Positions 10,738 to 24,100 are shown, counted from the first letter of the whole stretch. The stretch: DNA of 63,020 bases, filler included, from Squatina squatina (GCA_031763465.1; 4 parts of 3 records of this genome joined end to end with filler, not necessarily neighbours in it); one strand, 5' to 3'. Numbers and translations: made by a program. The notes: generated by a model from the sequence alone, not told the origin.

Positions 10738-11265
10738 ATGAGTGTGCAGGAATATGAAATGATCCAGGGCAAGGAAGATGAGACCTGCCTTCGCCGGTAC
10801 CGCAAGCAGTGCATGCGGGAGATGCATCAGCAGCTGAGCTTTGGGCCTCAGTTTGGAGTTGTCTATGATCTGGAGAACGGGGAGCAATTTTTGGAAGTAA
10901 TCGAAAAGGAGTTGAAAAAAACCACGGTGATGGTGCACGTTTACGAGGATGGAGTGAAGGGCTGCGCATCTCTGATCAATTGCTTAGCATGCCTTGCTAT
11001 GGAGTACCCCTTAGTCAAGTTCTGTAAAATAAAGGCCTCCAACACTGGGGCTGGTGACCGCTTCTCTGACCATGTTCTCCCAGCAATCCTGGTGTACAAG
11101 GCAGGCGAGCTAATTGGCAACTTCATACACATCACTGAGCAGCTGGGCGAAGAATTCTTTGCAGTGGACGTTGAATCCTTTTTAAACGAATATGGCCTTT
11201 TGCCAGAAAGGGAGTTCGCCGCATGCGAACACACCAGTGACAGTAGTGATGTAGATATCGAATAA
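10738..11265 (+). CDS. PDC: Phosducin, last coding exon (thioredoxin-like domain)
   Basis: Acceptor ...aatacag at 10736-10737, then [34 protein letters not shown]...[18 protein letters not shown]...[22 protein letters not shown]...*. This matches PDC rather than PDCL, retains the Ser73-equivalent, and is syntenic between PTGS2 and ODR4. Upstream exons were not found. Confidence 0.96.
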   Translation: MSVQEYEMIQGKEDETCLRRYRKQCMREMHQQLSFGPQFGVVYDLENGEQFLEVIEKELKKTTVMVHVYEDGVKGCASLINCLACLAMEYPLVKFCKIKASNTGAGDRFSDHVLPAILVYKAGELIGNFIHITEQLGEEFFAVDVESFLNEYGLLPEREFAACEHTSDSSDVDIE

Positions 11266-13049
11266 ATACCGCTACAGTGAAGCCCAACTCAGATCAGTCC
11301 CAATATCATAGAGGAAAAAATTAATCTTAAACACGCTTTGATCTCAAGTGATGGTATTCCAGGAGTTTCCATTTAGTGTAATGAGGACAATAAAACAACC
11401 ATTTGCATACTACCAATTTTCTTCCTCTGTATCTCACTTGTAGACTTCTATATCTGGATTTGAAAACACGTGTAGCGCTAGTGGTGCTAACTGGTACTGC
11501 ACGGACTTTTCTTTTCCAATTCCCATTCAGTCACCAATATTCTCTTAAAGGGAAAGTGAGAATATTGTCAGTTGCACATNNNNNNNNNNNNNNNNNNNNN
11601 NNNNNNNNNNNNNNNNNNNNNNNNNNNNNNNNNNNNNNNNNNNNNNNNNNNNNNNNNNNNNNNNNNNNNNNNNNNNNNNAACTTGCATTCTGTCAAGTTC
11701 CGAATAGACAGATGATCCATTGTAATTAAATTTTGTTGTTGTGGAATTTCAAGTACACATTGAAATGATGTGCTGGCAAAAAGTTGGGCTAATTGCCCAC
11801 CTAATGTGCATCAAATACACTGGGAAATTTTAGGCTCAGGAACCTGTTTGCACAATGTAAGGGGAGGGGGAATGAGAAATTGCACAATAATTAAAAAAAA
11901 CACATAAAAGAACAGCTGTAAAGGCTCGGTTTGAGGGATGAGATTGTTTCAATATTTTTAATAAAATCTTGCAGAGTCTTCCAGTAAATAACTACTTACT
12001 CCAAAATATTCCCTGTGCTTTTTAAGGCCAAGTACTGTACTTATCAAAAAAATATAATTAGTATCACGCCATTTAATTTACAAGTTATTTGACGTCAAGA
12101 TGATGTGTTTCCTGATTAGCTAGTGAAAGGAGCACCACCCCATGTGATCCCATGTATGCTTACGCACAGTGACGCGCCCCTAGGATCCGTGGGCCACTGC
12201 ACTGCGTACAACTCCGCAGTGTTTCAAAGCATCTTCTAGAAGGGAGGTTTGCAGCGGGTATGTGCGAATTCTGTTCGGAAGCCTGCGGTGTACTCCTTAG
12301 CTATGCCGCTGACCACAAATTCAGGGCCATTATCACCATCAATATTACTAAAGTGAATTTACAAGACTGGGGCCTCGCTTCTGATTAATGGAATTTTACC
12401 TTTTACTAGATACCATATTACATAAATTAACAACCGTTATATTTTACTGCAGTTTTGGTGTATGTTTGAACATGACTGTACCATCACTATCGCAATGCAT
12501 TGAAATTCTTCCCAGGAAAGTATCTCAAATTTTCTCGGCTGCATTTCTTACCTTGCCCATGCTAATCTGGACAAATCGCCTAAGGATAAGACATCTGTAA
12601 CAGCATTTTAAATTCAGTATCACTGGACACTAATATGAGAAGATAAAGTTCCAGTGCTTCCATAAGAATCTCCCAAGTCATCTACAGAAAGCCGAATTAA
12701 TACTAACCGATAAGTCTAGCTCCTATCTGCACAGATTATCCTGAATCAAGCTTGATAATAAGTAACTATCTCTTCAAACTTCTTAACCATTACTTAATTT
12801 CCTACTGCTCAATCAAATACTATAATAAGAAAGGCATTAGTATTATCAATTAGGCTGTTAACTAGCTCAAAACATAAGTTTGAGTGGAGTTATATTTCAG
12901 GACCTTAACAGGTCTTTCTAATATGGATACATGCAACAATGTAATTGCAGATAACTATATTGTTATAACCATAGTCCACAATATATCTACATTTTAAAGG
13001 AATACAGTCCACAATATACTTGCATAGTAAAGAAAGATGAACGACTCAC

Positions 13050-13235
13050 CCAACAAGATTTCCTCTGCCCTATCCAACTGTGCTGGCTGTAGTGTATAAT
13101 CCAACAGCTCCTTATAACGATCTTCCAGTTCCTTACTTCCCTCATCTGAAAACCCGTAATCACAGAAGGCAACACCGGAAGGCAAGACTGAGGCAAACAC
13201 CCTATGTGGAGCTTTGTGGCTTGTAGTATCACCAA
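13050..13235 (-). CDS. ODR4: ODR4 GPCR localization factor homolog (C1orf27), internal exon near the 3' end
   Basis: Acceptor ttcttcatcag, 186 nt phase 1-1, donor GTGAGT. It reads GDTTSHKAPHRVFASVLPSGVAFCDYGFSDEGSKELEDRYKELLDYTLQPAQLDRAEEILL, similar to recalled human HVLPYRVFVPLPGSTVMLCDYKFDDES..IRDHFMEMLD...AEE. It is convergent with PDC, as in human. Confidence 0.88.
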
Positions 13236-13429
13236 CTGATGAAGAACAGGACATGGAATTAATGTTTAAATGAGACAATTGTGTTATAGTTTTTACCACA
13301 GACAATACTTAAGACAAATGAAGTAAAGTACATAATCTAATGGGTGCTGCAACACTACCAGTTCAGCAAGCGATAGCTGACTTTGCATTTGAATTTCTCT
13401 ATTCCCAATTACACTACAACAGTTCAACA

Positions 13430-13990
13430 ACAAAGAGATAGAGATAGATAGGGAGTGAGGTGGGGCGAGAGATAGAGATAAATAGGGAGTGAGGTGGGGG
13501 GAGAGATAGGGACAGATAGGGAGTGAGGTTGGGGGCGGTGGTGGTGGGGGATGGGGGGATGGAGAAAGACAGAGAGAGAGACAGAGACAGAGACAGACAG
13601 ACAAATTGATTGATTTTGCACAGGAGTTCAGAGATACAAGAGAGCACATGCTCAGAGACTGAGCTAGAAAGCGAGCCCATGCAGCAGGCAGCATACAAGG
13701 AACACAAAGACACGAGAGCTATATACTGTATGAGTGAGAAAGATAGGGAGCCAGCATGCAAAGGAGACAGGCAGCACATGCGAGTGCAAAAGGGTGCAAG
13801 TATGTGCATACAAATGCAAGAAGAGATCAACTCCATGCAGCAAACAGCATTGGGAGTACAGAAAGATGCATGTGCAAGAACACGTGCAAAGGAATGAGCG
13901 TGAACTCTGGGTAAAAGTGAACAAGAGTGCAAATGAAAGAACGAGACAGAACTTGCGTGCCCAAAGGTTTAAGCGTGTGCATGCAAGACA
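13430..13990. repeat. GA/GATA microsatellite plus degenerate purine-rich low-complexity tract
   Basis: ATAGGGAGTGAGGT(G/T)GGG occurs three times, then (GACAGA)n, then GCATG/GCAAG-rich degenerate units. Confidence 0.7.
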
Positions 13991-14996
13991 CAATGGCCTA
14001 GATTTTCTGCTATTGGCATAGTTTAGACCCAAATGGCTATCGAACTTTAGAAACACTTAGGTAGAAGTGCGTTGTTTGCACTCAGTTTCCAAGGTCAGCT
14101 CATTTGTGTAACTTCAGATGCAGATTAGGTCGATGTAGGCAGCACACTCGTAGTGGGAGTGGAAAATTGTATGCAAGTGAAATTTAAAGGGATGGGGCTA
14201 CAGAGTGATACAACAAACAAGGAGGCCATTTGGCTCATCATGTCTGTGCCAGCTCTTGCTAGACCAATCCAAAATGAATCCTACTCTCTCCCCAAAACAC
14301 TGAATCATCCTCTGCTACAAATATTTATTAATTTTTCCCTTAAATAATGCCCCATCCACTCCCTGCAGTAAAGCATTCCATGCCCCAATAACTCTCTGTA
14401 AAAAGAAAATTCTCCTTTTGAACGATTGCCCAAGCAAAGAAAATAGTTTTTCCTTATTCANNNNNNNNNNNNNNNNNNNNNNNNNNNNNNNNNNNNNNNN
14501 NNNNNNNNNNNNNNNNNNNNNNNNNNNNNNNNNNNNNNNNNNNNNNNNNNNNNNNNNNNNAGCAGGACTTCTCTTTCTTTCCCGAATGGGGTCATTCCCT
14601 TTCTTCCCGATAGGTTCTCTCTCTCTCAACAGAATATCTTTTCTCCCTCTCACACATTCCCTGAGGAAGCTGTCTATTGTTCCTCCAGAGGATCTCCGCC
14701 ACTCTCTTTCTCTTCCTAACCACACAGTGGGGTCTCTCGATTGTATTTTTTCCCTGTTTCCTTGTAAGAACAACATGCTGTCACTTAAAAGGGATTTTAT
14801 TTTGGTTCCAGCTGACACAGGAACTCCTCAAAATGGCAGAAATCTGTGGCAGGAAACTTAGAAAATTAAAAAATGTGAATCGAGAAGCACCTGCAAAATA
14901 AGTTGGCTCAGTATGATTTTACTTACTTATGATGTGACAGTAGTACACTTTATTACATAAAATGCTGTGTCCCTCAGGTTAACCATTAAAGGATAC

Positions 14997-15103
14997 TTTT
15001 TTGAATCAGCATAGACTTGAAGAACAATTCGCTCGGGTGGTTCGTCATCTGAAAAACTCCAGAGTCTTTCCTTTGCGACGGCAGTCTCAACAGCAGTTGC
15101 CAA
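14997..15103 (-). CDS. ODR4: ODR4 internal exon (N-terminal half), ending at a U12-type donor
   Basis: Acceptor ttttctgctacag, 107 nt, reading LATAVETAVAKERLWSFSDDEPPERIVLQVYADSKK. This is similar to recalled human LMFAVEKSINRKRLWNFTEEEVSERVTLHICASTKK. Similarity ends exactly at GTATCCTTT. Confidence 0.85.
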
Positions 15104-15171
15104 CTGTAGCAGAAAAGTTAGAAATAATTATATAACTTAGCTAAAATGAACATTCATCTTTTAAATACATA

Positions 15172-15816
15172 GGGCTAGAAATTCATCCTCCGAGGGGTGC
15201 TAATGGGGAGTAACAGGAAAAAATGATCCGGGAGTGGCTATCCCACCTCCTAGGGAATTTAGCTGGGGTGCAAAGGCCTTTGCGCCTGGCCAGCTGAATT
15301 CCACAGCGGGCCAGTGTGTGACATCATAAAGATACGCGCCGACCCGCACTGCGCAGCCGCAACACCTGTTGCGCTCTGTTGGCGTCCAGCGGGAGGAATT
15401 CGCCCACAGCAAAACCTGTCGCTGCAACGGCCCTCTTAAAGGCGAGGGCCTGTGCGCCTGCGGCCGCCATGTTAATTTATCAGCCTGGTCACTGGCGTCC
15501 CTGGTGGCCCAGTGTCGGGCCGTAGGGCATTGTCAGGATGGCTGGCAGCCTTCCCCTTTAAGGAAGGCCTGGCAGTGCTCCTGACGTCAGCACGCAGTCA
15601 TGCTGACACAGCGCAAATGACATCACTGGCGTGGAGCTGAGGCCATGCCAGCGACGTTCCAGGCCAGCTGCCCCAGTTCCGCCCGGGAACGCGCTGCGGC
15701 TCGCTCCCGCCCCGGAACAACGAATTCTGTAGCGGGTGGGGCGGGGCAGGAGCTGGCGTGAGAAATGTCGGCTCCCGCCCTGTAAGCGCCCCGAGGCGCG
15801 AATGAACTTCGGCCCC
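15172..15816. mobile_element. Complete non-autonomous PIF/Harbinger-like MITE (about 645 bp) in an ODR4 intron
   Basis: Left end GGGCTAGAAATTCAT and right end ATGAACTTCGGCCCC are imperfect TIRs (11/15). Flanks ATA/TTA fit a TWA-type target site. The interior is GC/CpG-rich. Confidence 0.7.
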
Positions 15817-16328
15817 TTAGTTTGTCGTTGATCATTTAAGGTCATTAACAAAGAGATATGGATCTGTGGAACATTGTGTTACTGATGTCTCATCATTTTG
15901 TATGCTGATGAGACATCCACATTACTAGTGTGGAACTGACTGCATCTCAAATTACCTGCCATGGTTACCCACATAACAACATTAACTGCACTTCAAACAA
16001 ATTCATTGGCTGTGAAGTGTTTTAGCATATTCAGACAGACATTCTATGTTGCAATGTAAGTGTTAGTACTTTCTTTCAACAAGGAATAATACGGTGGGTT
16101 GCATGATGGACTAAAGTATGCTATAGTATAAACCTGCACATCAGTAAAGGATTGATGCATGGTAATACATTTAGGTGGTGCATGTCACCTCCATAGGTCA
16201 TATTTATCAGTTTCAGATATTCTTTTAAGTGAGAAGTGCTATTTATACCACAGGTTGCTCACACACCCAGTGTATAAAATGTAATGTTTTTTTCTGGATT
16301 AGAAATAGATGAAACGTTTCCTATGGAA

Positions 16329-16428
16329 NNNNNNNNNNNNNNNNNNNNNNNNNNNNNNNNNNNNNNNNNNNNTTAATTAATTAANNNNNNNNNNNNNNNN
16401 NNNNNNNNNNNNNNNNNNNNNNNNNNNN
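16329..16428. other. Artificial scaffold-concatenation linker
   Basis: 44 N + TTAATTAATTAA (stops in all six frames) + 44 N. Unrelated loci lie on either side. Confidence 0.95.
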
Positions 16429-17155
16429 TATTTGTAATTCTTTAATTTGTGGATGCCTTTACCCGAGAAACATATTCCGTGAGTAAAATCTAATGGATGA
16501 TCTCTGATCTATAATTGTTTGCAATGGTATCACTCCATTCACCATTGAATCACACTGTATTGTGAGTTTCGGCAGTGCCGACACTATCTAATAATCACCT
16601 GACGTGGGGCCAGAGAGAAAGGATTAGACAATGACTTTTGTCACTAAGAAGTCGATTTCGCTATTTATTAAAGTAGAGATATCGTAGCTTTTAGGTGAAA
16701 TCCAGAATCCAGATGTTGTCAGTGTGAGATGTTTAGGCTGATGGTTTGCCCAGCCAGCAATAATTGGGTATTTCTGGTCTCCACATCAGTGCAAACATTA
16801 GAGAAAGGCGACAGGAAGAATGCTGCCACCTAAAAGTAAATGTCAAAAAAATAATTTCATTATTGTATGTTCCGACGCTCTCAGAGACGGGGACATTTCT
16901 GCAGCTATTCGGTTTTCGTGGCTTCCACATTCGAGAAACGGCCACGCGCCCGAACCAAGCAAAATCCAAACAAATTGCATTTACGTTATCAAACAATACG
17001 ACAATCATGTCTTTGCAACCCTAAAGTTGGCTGTATTACCCTGGTTGCAATCAGCCTTTCATTGTGTATCTGCACATGTACATCTGGATAATTTGATGTT
17101 GCGCGATGTGTTTATTCCACTAAATATATTGCCCTAAAGTTCGTTGAACACTTAC

Positions 17156-17232
17156 TAAGCCAGTGCCTTTTCGAGCTTGTTGAAGTTCTCGAATGAAATT
17201 TTGCAGTTCTCTTCCTTCAATATAACCATGAC
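17156..17232 (-). CDS. CALB1: Calbindin D28k, exon 2
   Basis: Acceptor tattattttag, 77 nt, donor GTAAGT. It reads (G)HGYIEGRELQNFIRELQQARKGTGL, similar to CALB1 [26 protein letters not shown]. Linked to TMEM64 and NECAB1, as on human 8q21. Confidence 0.9.
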
Positions 17233-20200
17233 CTAAAATAATAAATTACACTTTCACTTGCAACAAAGTTAAAATCAGTTTTATGTCTACGTAATCAGAT
17301 TAGATGTACTCACTTTATGCAATCAGGTTTCATTTCTAATGTAAAAAGAAATATTTGACATTTTGCATTTCAGTTATAGCGTACGAATGAAATTAAACTA
17401 GTTATTTTTGGCATTTTTGTTCAGTGTACATAATTTGTTTAAAACGACAGCATGAAAACATTCTCAACTATAAATAGACCNNNNNNNNNNNNNNNNNNNN
17501 NNNNNNNNNNNNNNNNNNNNNNNNNNNNNNNNNNNNNNNNNNNNNNNNNNNNNNNNNNNNNNNNNNNNNNNNNNNNNNNNCAGCAGAAGCCTCCATGGTT
17601 CAAGTGGAACCTGATTAATAAACACTAACTTGTTTTGTTGGGCCCTACCTGGGCCCCTCCTCTGCCCTCACAACAGTATGGAGCCCATTTCAGTTTTTCT
17701 AGCATAAGCAGTCCACCCTGACCATGCAGATGGTCCCTCCTCCCAGGATTTGGGATTGGGTCTGCACCAGTGCATCTGGGAGCTGTGCTCCACTGGCACA
17801 AGTGCAATGGTATGGGACTCCAGGTACTTTTGCCCCACAATTGTAGCCCTGACCTCAAACTACCATTAGCAATATAAGAGAGATCAGATTGTATTTCTTC
17901 AAAAAACTGAATAATGCTTAGCATGGAGTGAAGTTTAATGTTTCTTGTTATATTATGTGAGTTGGTCTCTCACCCACCTCATTACTTGCGATTTTAAAAA
18001 TCCTCTTAGCCACTCTTATGTTTGCAGCTTTAGTTTTGCTTGAAATAATACTTGACTCATAAGAGTCACAGAGAGAGCACAAATCTTTAATATCAACACT
18101 CCAAAATGGACTTCTATTTTGAAATTTGCTGTGTGAAAGAAAAGCAGTTCTCACCATTTTAGTTCTGCACAATTGGTTGTAATTGTGATTCTTCAGAGTG
18201 CCTGCTTATGACAGATTTATGGCAGTAGGACTCACGACAACCTACTATATAAAATAAAATAGCAAAAGTGACTTTTCTTCACCTACAGTGACTGACACTG
18301 AGTTTGATTTAAAAAATACTTTAGTACGTGCAGATTAAACAGTGTTATTTTAGGTCAAGATGATACATTCAAACCTGGACTGTCAGACCACAGGAAGCAT
18401 GAAGCCAGTCAAGGCAAATTGAACTCCCAGCTGTGGTAATGAATCCTTGCATTTATATAATGTTTGATTGCATTGAAATGTCTCAAAGTGATCCTCACAA
18501 TGAATTACTTTTGGAGTGCCACAGAGGTTCTTATGTAGGCAAATGAGGCTATGCAACTAAAGAGCTGGCAGAACCTGCAGGAAGCCAGCAGACACTTGAT
18601 TGTGCTGGGTTTCTGTTGTTTCCAGAAGATTCCTGGTTGCAATCTAATGGGAGGTAAGAAGTGAGAACTACCAAACTGCTCCTGTTCCCCCAATTCCAGC
18701 ACAAGTAAACTGCCAGGAAGAGGGCTTGCAGTGAGAGGACACACGGGTCCCTGCTGTGGCCACCTGCTGCCAGATACACACTCCTGCCGGCCAGCTAGTC
18801 AATCTGGCTGGGTGTTAGGTGGGACTCTGCAGAGAGTGGCAGAACCTCCACATCCCTGGGTTTGCTGGGTTCGTCGCCTGCTACCGGACTTCTCCATACT
18901 TTTCCCGCCCCCCTGTAAAAATTGAGGCCATTGGTTTTGAATTTGCACAGGCAGTTACACCAGAATTGCACAAGCCAGCGCTCTGAAGTGCTNNNNNNNN
19001 NNNNNNNNNNNNNNNNNNNNNNNNNNNNNNNNNNNNNNNNNNNNNNNNNNNNNNNNNNNNNNNNNNNNNNNNNNNNNNNNNNNNNNNNNNNNGAGACATC
19101 GATTTTCTTCTCTAGATGAGAGAGGCCTACAGAGACTAATCGAGATATATTGAACCTGACATGGCAAGCTCTGACAGAATTGAAGTGACTCAGATACCTT
19201 TTCGTTTGGCAAGAATTGAACCTGACATGCATCCTCATTCAGCTTTGTTACTTTAATGAATCAGGTGCGGACATTAACTGGCCTTGCGATATGTGTGTGA
19301 TGAATTTATCATTCCTTTAAAAATTAATATTTACATCCATTTTTCAAAAGCTTAATATCTATTATGGTTATGGATAGCAATGTACAATTATTATGTAACT
19401 ATAAACAATGTACAATTTATTACTGTTTTCCAATGATGATGTTAAGTACCTAAGGCCAGGTATGCAGTTACCTTTGCCACCGACCTTATCCTAATAAAAT
19501 ATTTCACTCAAGCCTTACAAGTGTTCTCCCTAAGGGGTTCACTCCAGTGCAGATGTGATAAATGCTTGACTTCCAACAAGAAGGTCATTAATTCAACTCC
19601 TGGAGATACCTGTCCCTCAAAGTCACTAGACAGACAGATGCAATTTGTCAGTTTTCAATTGGACAGATACAAGCAGGAGCAAAACAGATATCTTGGGGGG
19701 GGGAAAGGAATAAATCCTAGTGTATTTTGTATTCCCACTTGAACAGCACTTTCTGTTAACCAGTCATGGAGTAAGATTGTCATCATTCAGTGAGATCACC
19801 ATAGCAGAGACTACCTTGCTATCACAGATGGNNNNNNNNNNNNNNNNNNNNNNNNNNNNNNNNNNNNNNNNNNNNNNNNNNNNNNNNNNNNNNNNNNNNN
19901 NNNNNNNNNNNNNNNNNNNNNNNNNNNNNNNAGGTGGTTAGAATATATTCGATATCCAATAAGGGATGTGCATAATTATCATCTGCTGTTCAATTGATGG
20001 CCAGATGGCTGACAAATGTAATATTTCAGTCAGCAAAGTTTAGTTTATCCTTCCTTCCATCTGTGCAAATTCCTATTTATTCATCACAGCAGTTTTTGTG
20101 ATAGCACTTTTATTGTTTAACTCTTTTGCTGCAGAAGAAAAACATTACCAAACCATATCAATGTATTTGAAGTGTTGACGTTACTAACTTTGCTAATATG

Positions 20201-20929
20201 CAGGTAGTTTCAGAGCTTGTTTTGTTTCTATCTCAGAGACCATGCGGGGGAATTTTCTGGGGGGTCAGCGGGTGTCATCGGTGGTGGCTCGGGTGGGAAA
20301 GTGTTTTTTTTGGCAACAGGTCGGGACCCCGCTGTCAAACTGCCGCCATGCACCTCTACCAAATGTCGGATCTGCCAGCGCTGAGCAGACCCTTCATGCA
20401 GCGGCAGGGAGGCAATTAAAATCATTAGTGGCTTGTTTACAGCCAATTACCAANNNNNNNNNNNNNNNNNNNNNNNNNNNNNNNNNNNNNNNNNNNNNNN
20501 NNNNNNNNNNNNNNNNNNNNNNNNNNNNNNNNNNNNNNNNNNNNNNNNNNNNNGACGTGCTGTGTCTCTATTGCTTACAGGTAGTTTTACACATTGCTGA
20601 AAATTCAACATTAAATTCAATCAGTTCTAATAACTAGCAGTGACTGATTATGCAGTCAAAAAAAACTGCAATCTGATTTTTCCCCCTTAAACTCCCTGGG
20701 CACTGGGTTGCTAATGAGTTACCTTGTTGATTGAGTGGAGTTATAGGTGTCCATTCAAAATAGCATTGACAATCGAATTGCATTAAATTAAGTTATCAAT
20801 TCAATTGTTAAAGTGCTAAGAGTTGATTGGCTGAAGAATATTTACCTTTGGAATTGATTTTTACTCAATGAATAATTATATTTTTATTAATGCCAGTTTC
20901 GGTCATTGGTGGAAGTTATGTTACAGTTA

Positions 20930-21193
20930 TGTAAAGCTCTGGATTGGACCCCATTTGGACTGCATTGTTCAGTTTTGGCCACCTCACCTCAGGAAGGATA
21001 TATTAGCCTTGGAGGGGGTACAGTGCAGGTTCACCAGAGTGATCCCATGGCTTAAAGGGTTAAGCCTTAAGAACAGGTTACATTATATATTATATTTATA
21101 TTCCCTTGAGTATAGAAACTTAATGGGTGATCTAATTGAGGTGTTTAAGATGATTAAAGGATATGATAGGATAGATAGAGAGAAACTATTTCC
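20930..21193 (+). mobile_element. CR1 LINE ORF2 C-terminal fragment
   Basis: PHLDCIVQFWPPHLRKDILALEGVQCRFTRVIP..KGL...GDLIEVFKMIKGYDRIDREKLF. Confidence 0.85.
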
Positions 21194-24100
21194 NNNNNNN
21201 NNNNNNNNNNNNNNNNNNNNNNNNNNNNNNNNNNNNNNNNNNNNNNNNNNNNNNNNNNNNNNNNNNNNNNNNNNNNNNNNNNNNNNNNNNNNNATTTTCC
21301 ATCCGTCTTCTGCAGAAGTTATAGTGCACAATCAGGAGAACCCCCATGAACATTAAACCCCAAATACTGAACCATATTGAATGAAATAAGATAGAAAGTA
21401 ATGGAAGAGCAGGAGGCTTAATGGACATCTGAAAATTAAATCATCTTAAGAGTGCTGTCCACTAATGATAGCAAAGTGGCTTCCAAATCAAGGATTGATC
21501 CATAGAATAATTCATAGCCTTTGGCATGTCTACAGATAATGAAAGTCGGCATTAATTTAAGGCTAAGCACCCCTTTTACTTAATCTCCCCAAATCATTCA
21601 TATTAACTTAACTGTTCTTCATTTAATGAGATGGTTTTTGAAGGGTATACACAGCATGGTAGAAAGCACACTACAAACTCCCACTAATTTTCTCAAAGAG
21701 TACAGATGTTTCAGAAAAAATGGAAACTACACCAAGGCCAGCTGCATCAGTAGTGTGAGAAAATGCAAACAACATCTGCAAAATTAACAGTACCAATCAA
21801 AGTCAAAATAAAGATTGCGAGTTGCCATTTTCATTTTCCATTAAAAGAAGCCCCATATTAAATGAGGCAATATGGAGTCATACAGTCCCAAATCTTTCCT
21901 AGATTAGTTTCACAAAATAAATACTGAGAAAGATAATTTGGAACTTCTAANNNNNNNNNNNNNNNNNNNNNNNNNNNNNNNNNNNNNNNNNNNNNNNNNN
22001 NNNNNNNNNNNNNNNNNNNNNNNNNNNNNNNNNNNNNNNNNNNNNNNNNNTGGTGATTTGAAAAAAAATGGCTTGCAGGATGTTGAATCGCGGGGTCTGT
22101 GCTGCGATCTTCCATCCCGGCACTCCGCTTGTGTGCCAGGCAGATGCCACAGCACCCCGCTCCCTGGTGGTCCAGGATAGGGCCCTGTCTATGCGGCAGC
22201 ACTGCGCGTCCTACTGCATAGCGTTGCATCCCCCGCCGATCCCTTCCGCCCGCTCGTGCCCCACAGAACAAGTGGAGCATGATATTTTGTGCCTCACTTG
22301 CTTTCGGGGCGGTAACCCGAATTTAGGTCACAGGGCGGGACTTCAGCGCTTGGTGCAGGAAATGTCACCTCGCAGCTGTTACCGCCCCCAAGCGGAGCGC
22401 TATGCAATTTCACCCCTGCCCCCACACTGCCACCCGCCCCCCCCCACAACCCCGCCCCTGAGACTTGGGTTGCTTTGCTCCCATTTACTTCCACTCAAAT
22501 TCTTTGCACAGGTTTTCAAGGTAATATATTCAGGAATTTGAGCTCTTAAATACTGGCTTCATTTGAGCCAAGCAATTGTTAACATTTAAATGCATATTCT
22601 TAGCGTGGGGATGATTTGAATTTGCCCAGATTTCAATGACAGTACTGTTTCAAGGCTGTATTGTTTCAAGGCTGTATTACCTCTGTTGTGAGCTGTATTC
22701 ACTGCTGCATTTGATTCTGAGCTGCTGTTGACAGCAGCCTCTGATTCAGATTACCCTGTTTCTTTTAGATTCCTGCTGCCAGTCATTATCCCACACAGCT
22801 TTTTCAAATTGCTCAGGGAAACTTTAACAGTTGAGTCATGCCTATTCTACCTCAGAATTGCTTTTCTCCTCCAGCCCAATATTAGCTCAAACATTGGAAA
22901 TGACTATTCATGGAACAAGCTCAGAAGATTTCAGCAATTGCTTCTGTATAAGAAATTTTATTTTTCTGTTTTTCATTGGTATATGTGGGATTTCATTTCA
23001 AANNNNNNNNNNTCTTAAGATAATATATCATGCTGTTAGTCATTTTTTAAAAATCTCTCCACACAGTTCATATATTTAAAAAAACAGCTTTAGTGACAAC
23101 AATTCTTTTCTGGCTGTTCAGATTAAATATTAATTATGACATGCCTTATGAGTTTTGAACATTCCTATTAAGAAGCAGCTCATTCAGAATGTCAATGCTA
23201 TCAGATAGCAGAATACAAAAGAATAAATCCATTGCTGCCAAAGACAATGCCAACATCAGCCGTTTAAGTAAAAGAAAAATATTTGACTTGACAGTCTTCA
23301 GATTTCTTTCTTGGGAACAGTGTGATAAATTTTATGGTAACAATGATAATGTCAGTCATGTGCATTCAGTTAAATTAATATTCAAAACAATTAGCTGCAA
23401 GCAGAGTAGTATGAGTAATTTTATTTTAAAAATTCTTAGAGGAAGTATCTATGGGGGAAGTATTGTTCTGGTTCTGGTTGCTAGGTGCAGTGACATCATC
23501 AACATGTTCTTTTTCAATGCGGTTACACATAGTGGGGAATTTTAACCCCCAAGAGGGGGTGGGTTGGGGTCAGGTGGGAAGTGAAAATTGTCGAAAATTG
23601 AAGCGTGAGTGCAACCTGGCTCCAACGGTCTAACTGCTGGGTTTAACTGAGGCATGTTTAGCTGTATGCAAGTAATCTACTCATGGAGCCGTCTCATTGT
23701 TNNNNNNNNNNNNNNNNNNNNNNNNNNNNNNNNNNNNNNNNNNNNNNNNNNNNNNNNNNNNNNNNNNNNNNNNNNNNNNNNNNNNNNNNNNNNNNNNNNN
23801 NAGGCAAGTCATGATTTTAGTCTGAAAAAGATGTGCAAGTACAAGGAATTGATAAATTGGATGTACTTTTGCTTTGGAGGTCAATAGGAAATGTAAATAT
23901 CCACCACAGATTCTAGTATTGTTGGCTTGACTCCTATTTAAAAAATGCTCTCAACTTTTGATCTCTTTTATTTTTGTTCCTTTAGGAGATTGATTTCCCT
24001 TTGGTATCTTACAAAACTATTAATCAGCATGGCTACAGCTGCAGTCCTGGTAGCAATCATGATTTCCCTCTGGTATGCCTGTCTTGGATAGAATTCCAGA

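Noticed and set aside
12552-12594. 43-nt minus-strand segment with good AG/GTAAG boundaries downstream of the ODR4 exon
   Set aside because: The peptide (DVLSLGDLSRLAWA) shows no resemblance to the ODR4 C-terminus I recall, and it would shift phase. It cannot be supported without transcripts.
13293-14056. Overlapping 95-172 aa ORFs
   Set aside because: Low-complexity microsatellite-derived sequence inside an ODR4 intron, with no recognisable domain.
16373-16384. TTAATTAATTAA as a biological palindrome or recombination site (three copies)
   Set aside because: It is always centred in exactly 44+44 N, which marks a synthetic six-frame-stop spacer.
17860-17924. ORF start MLSIIQFFEEI resembling CALB1 exon 1 (SQFFEIW)
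   Set aside because: Only QFFE matches. It lacks the W..FD.DG EF-hand residues and has a weak donor. The real exon 1 is probably in a gap, such as 17481-17580.
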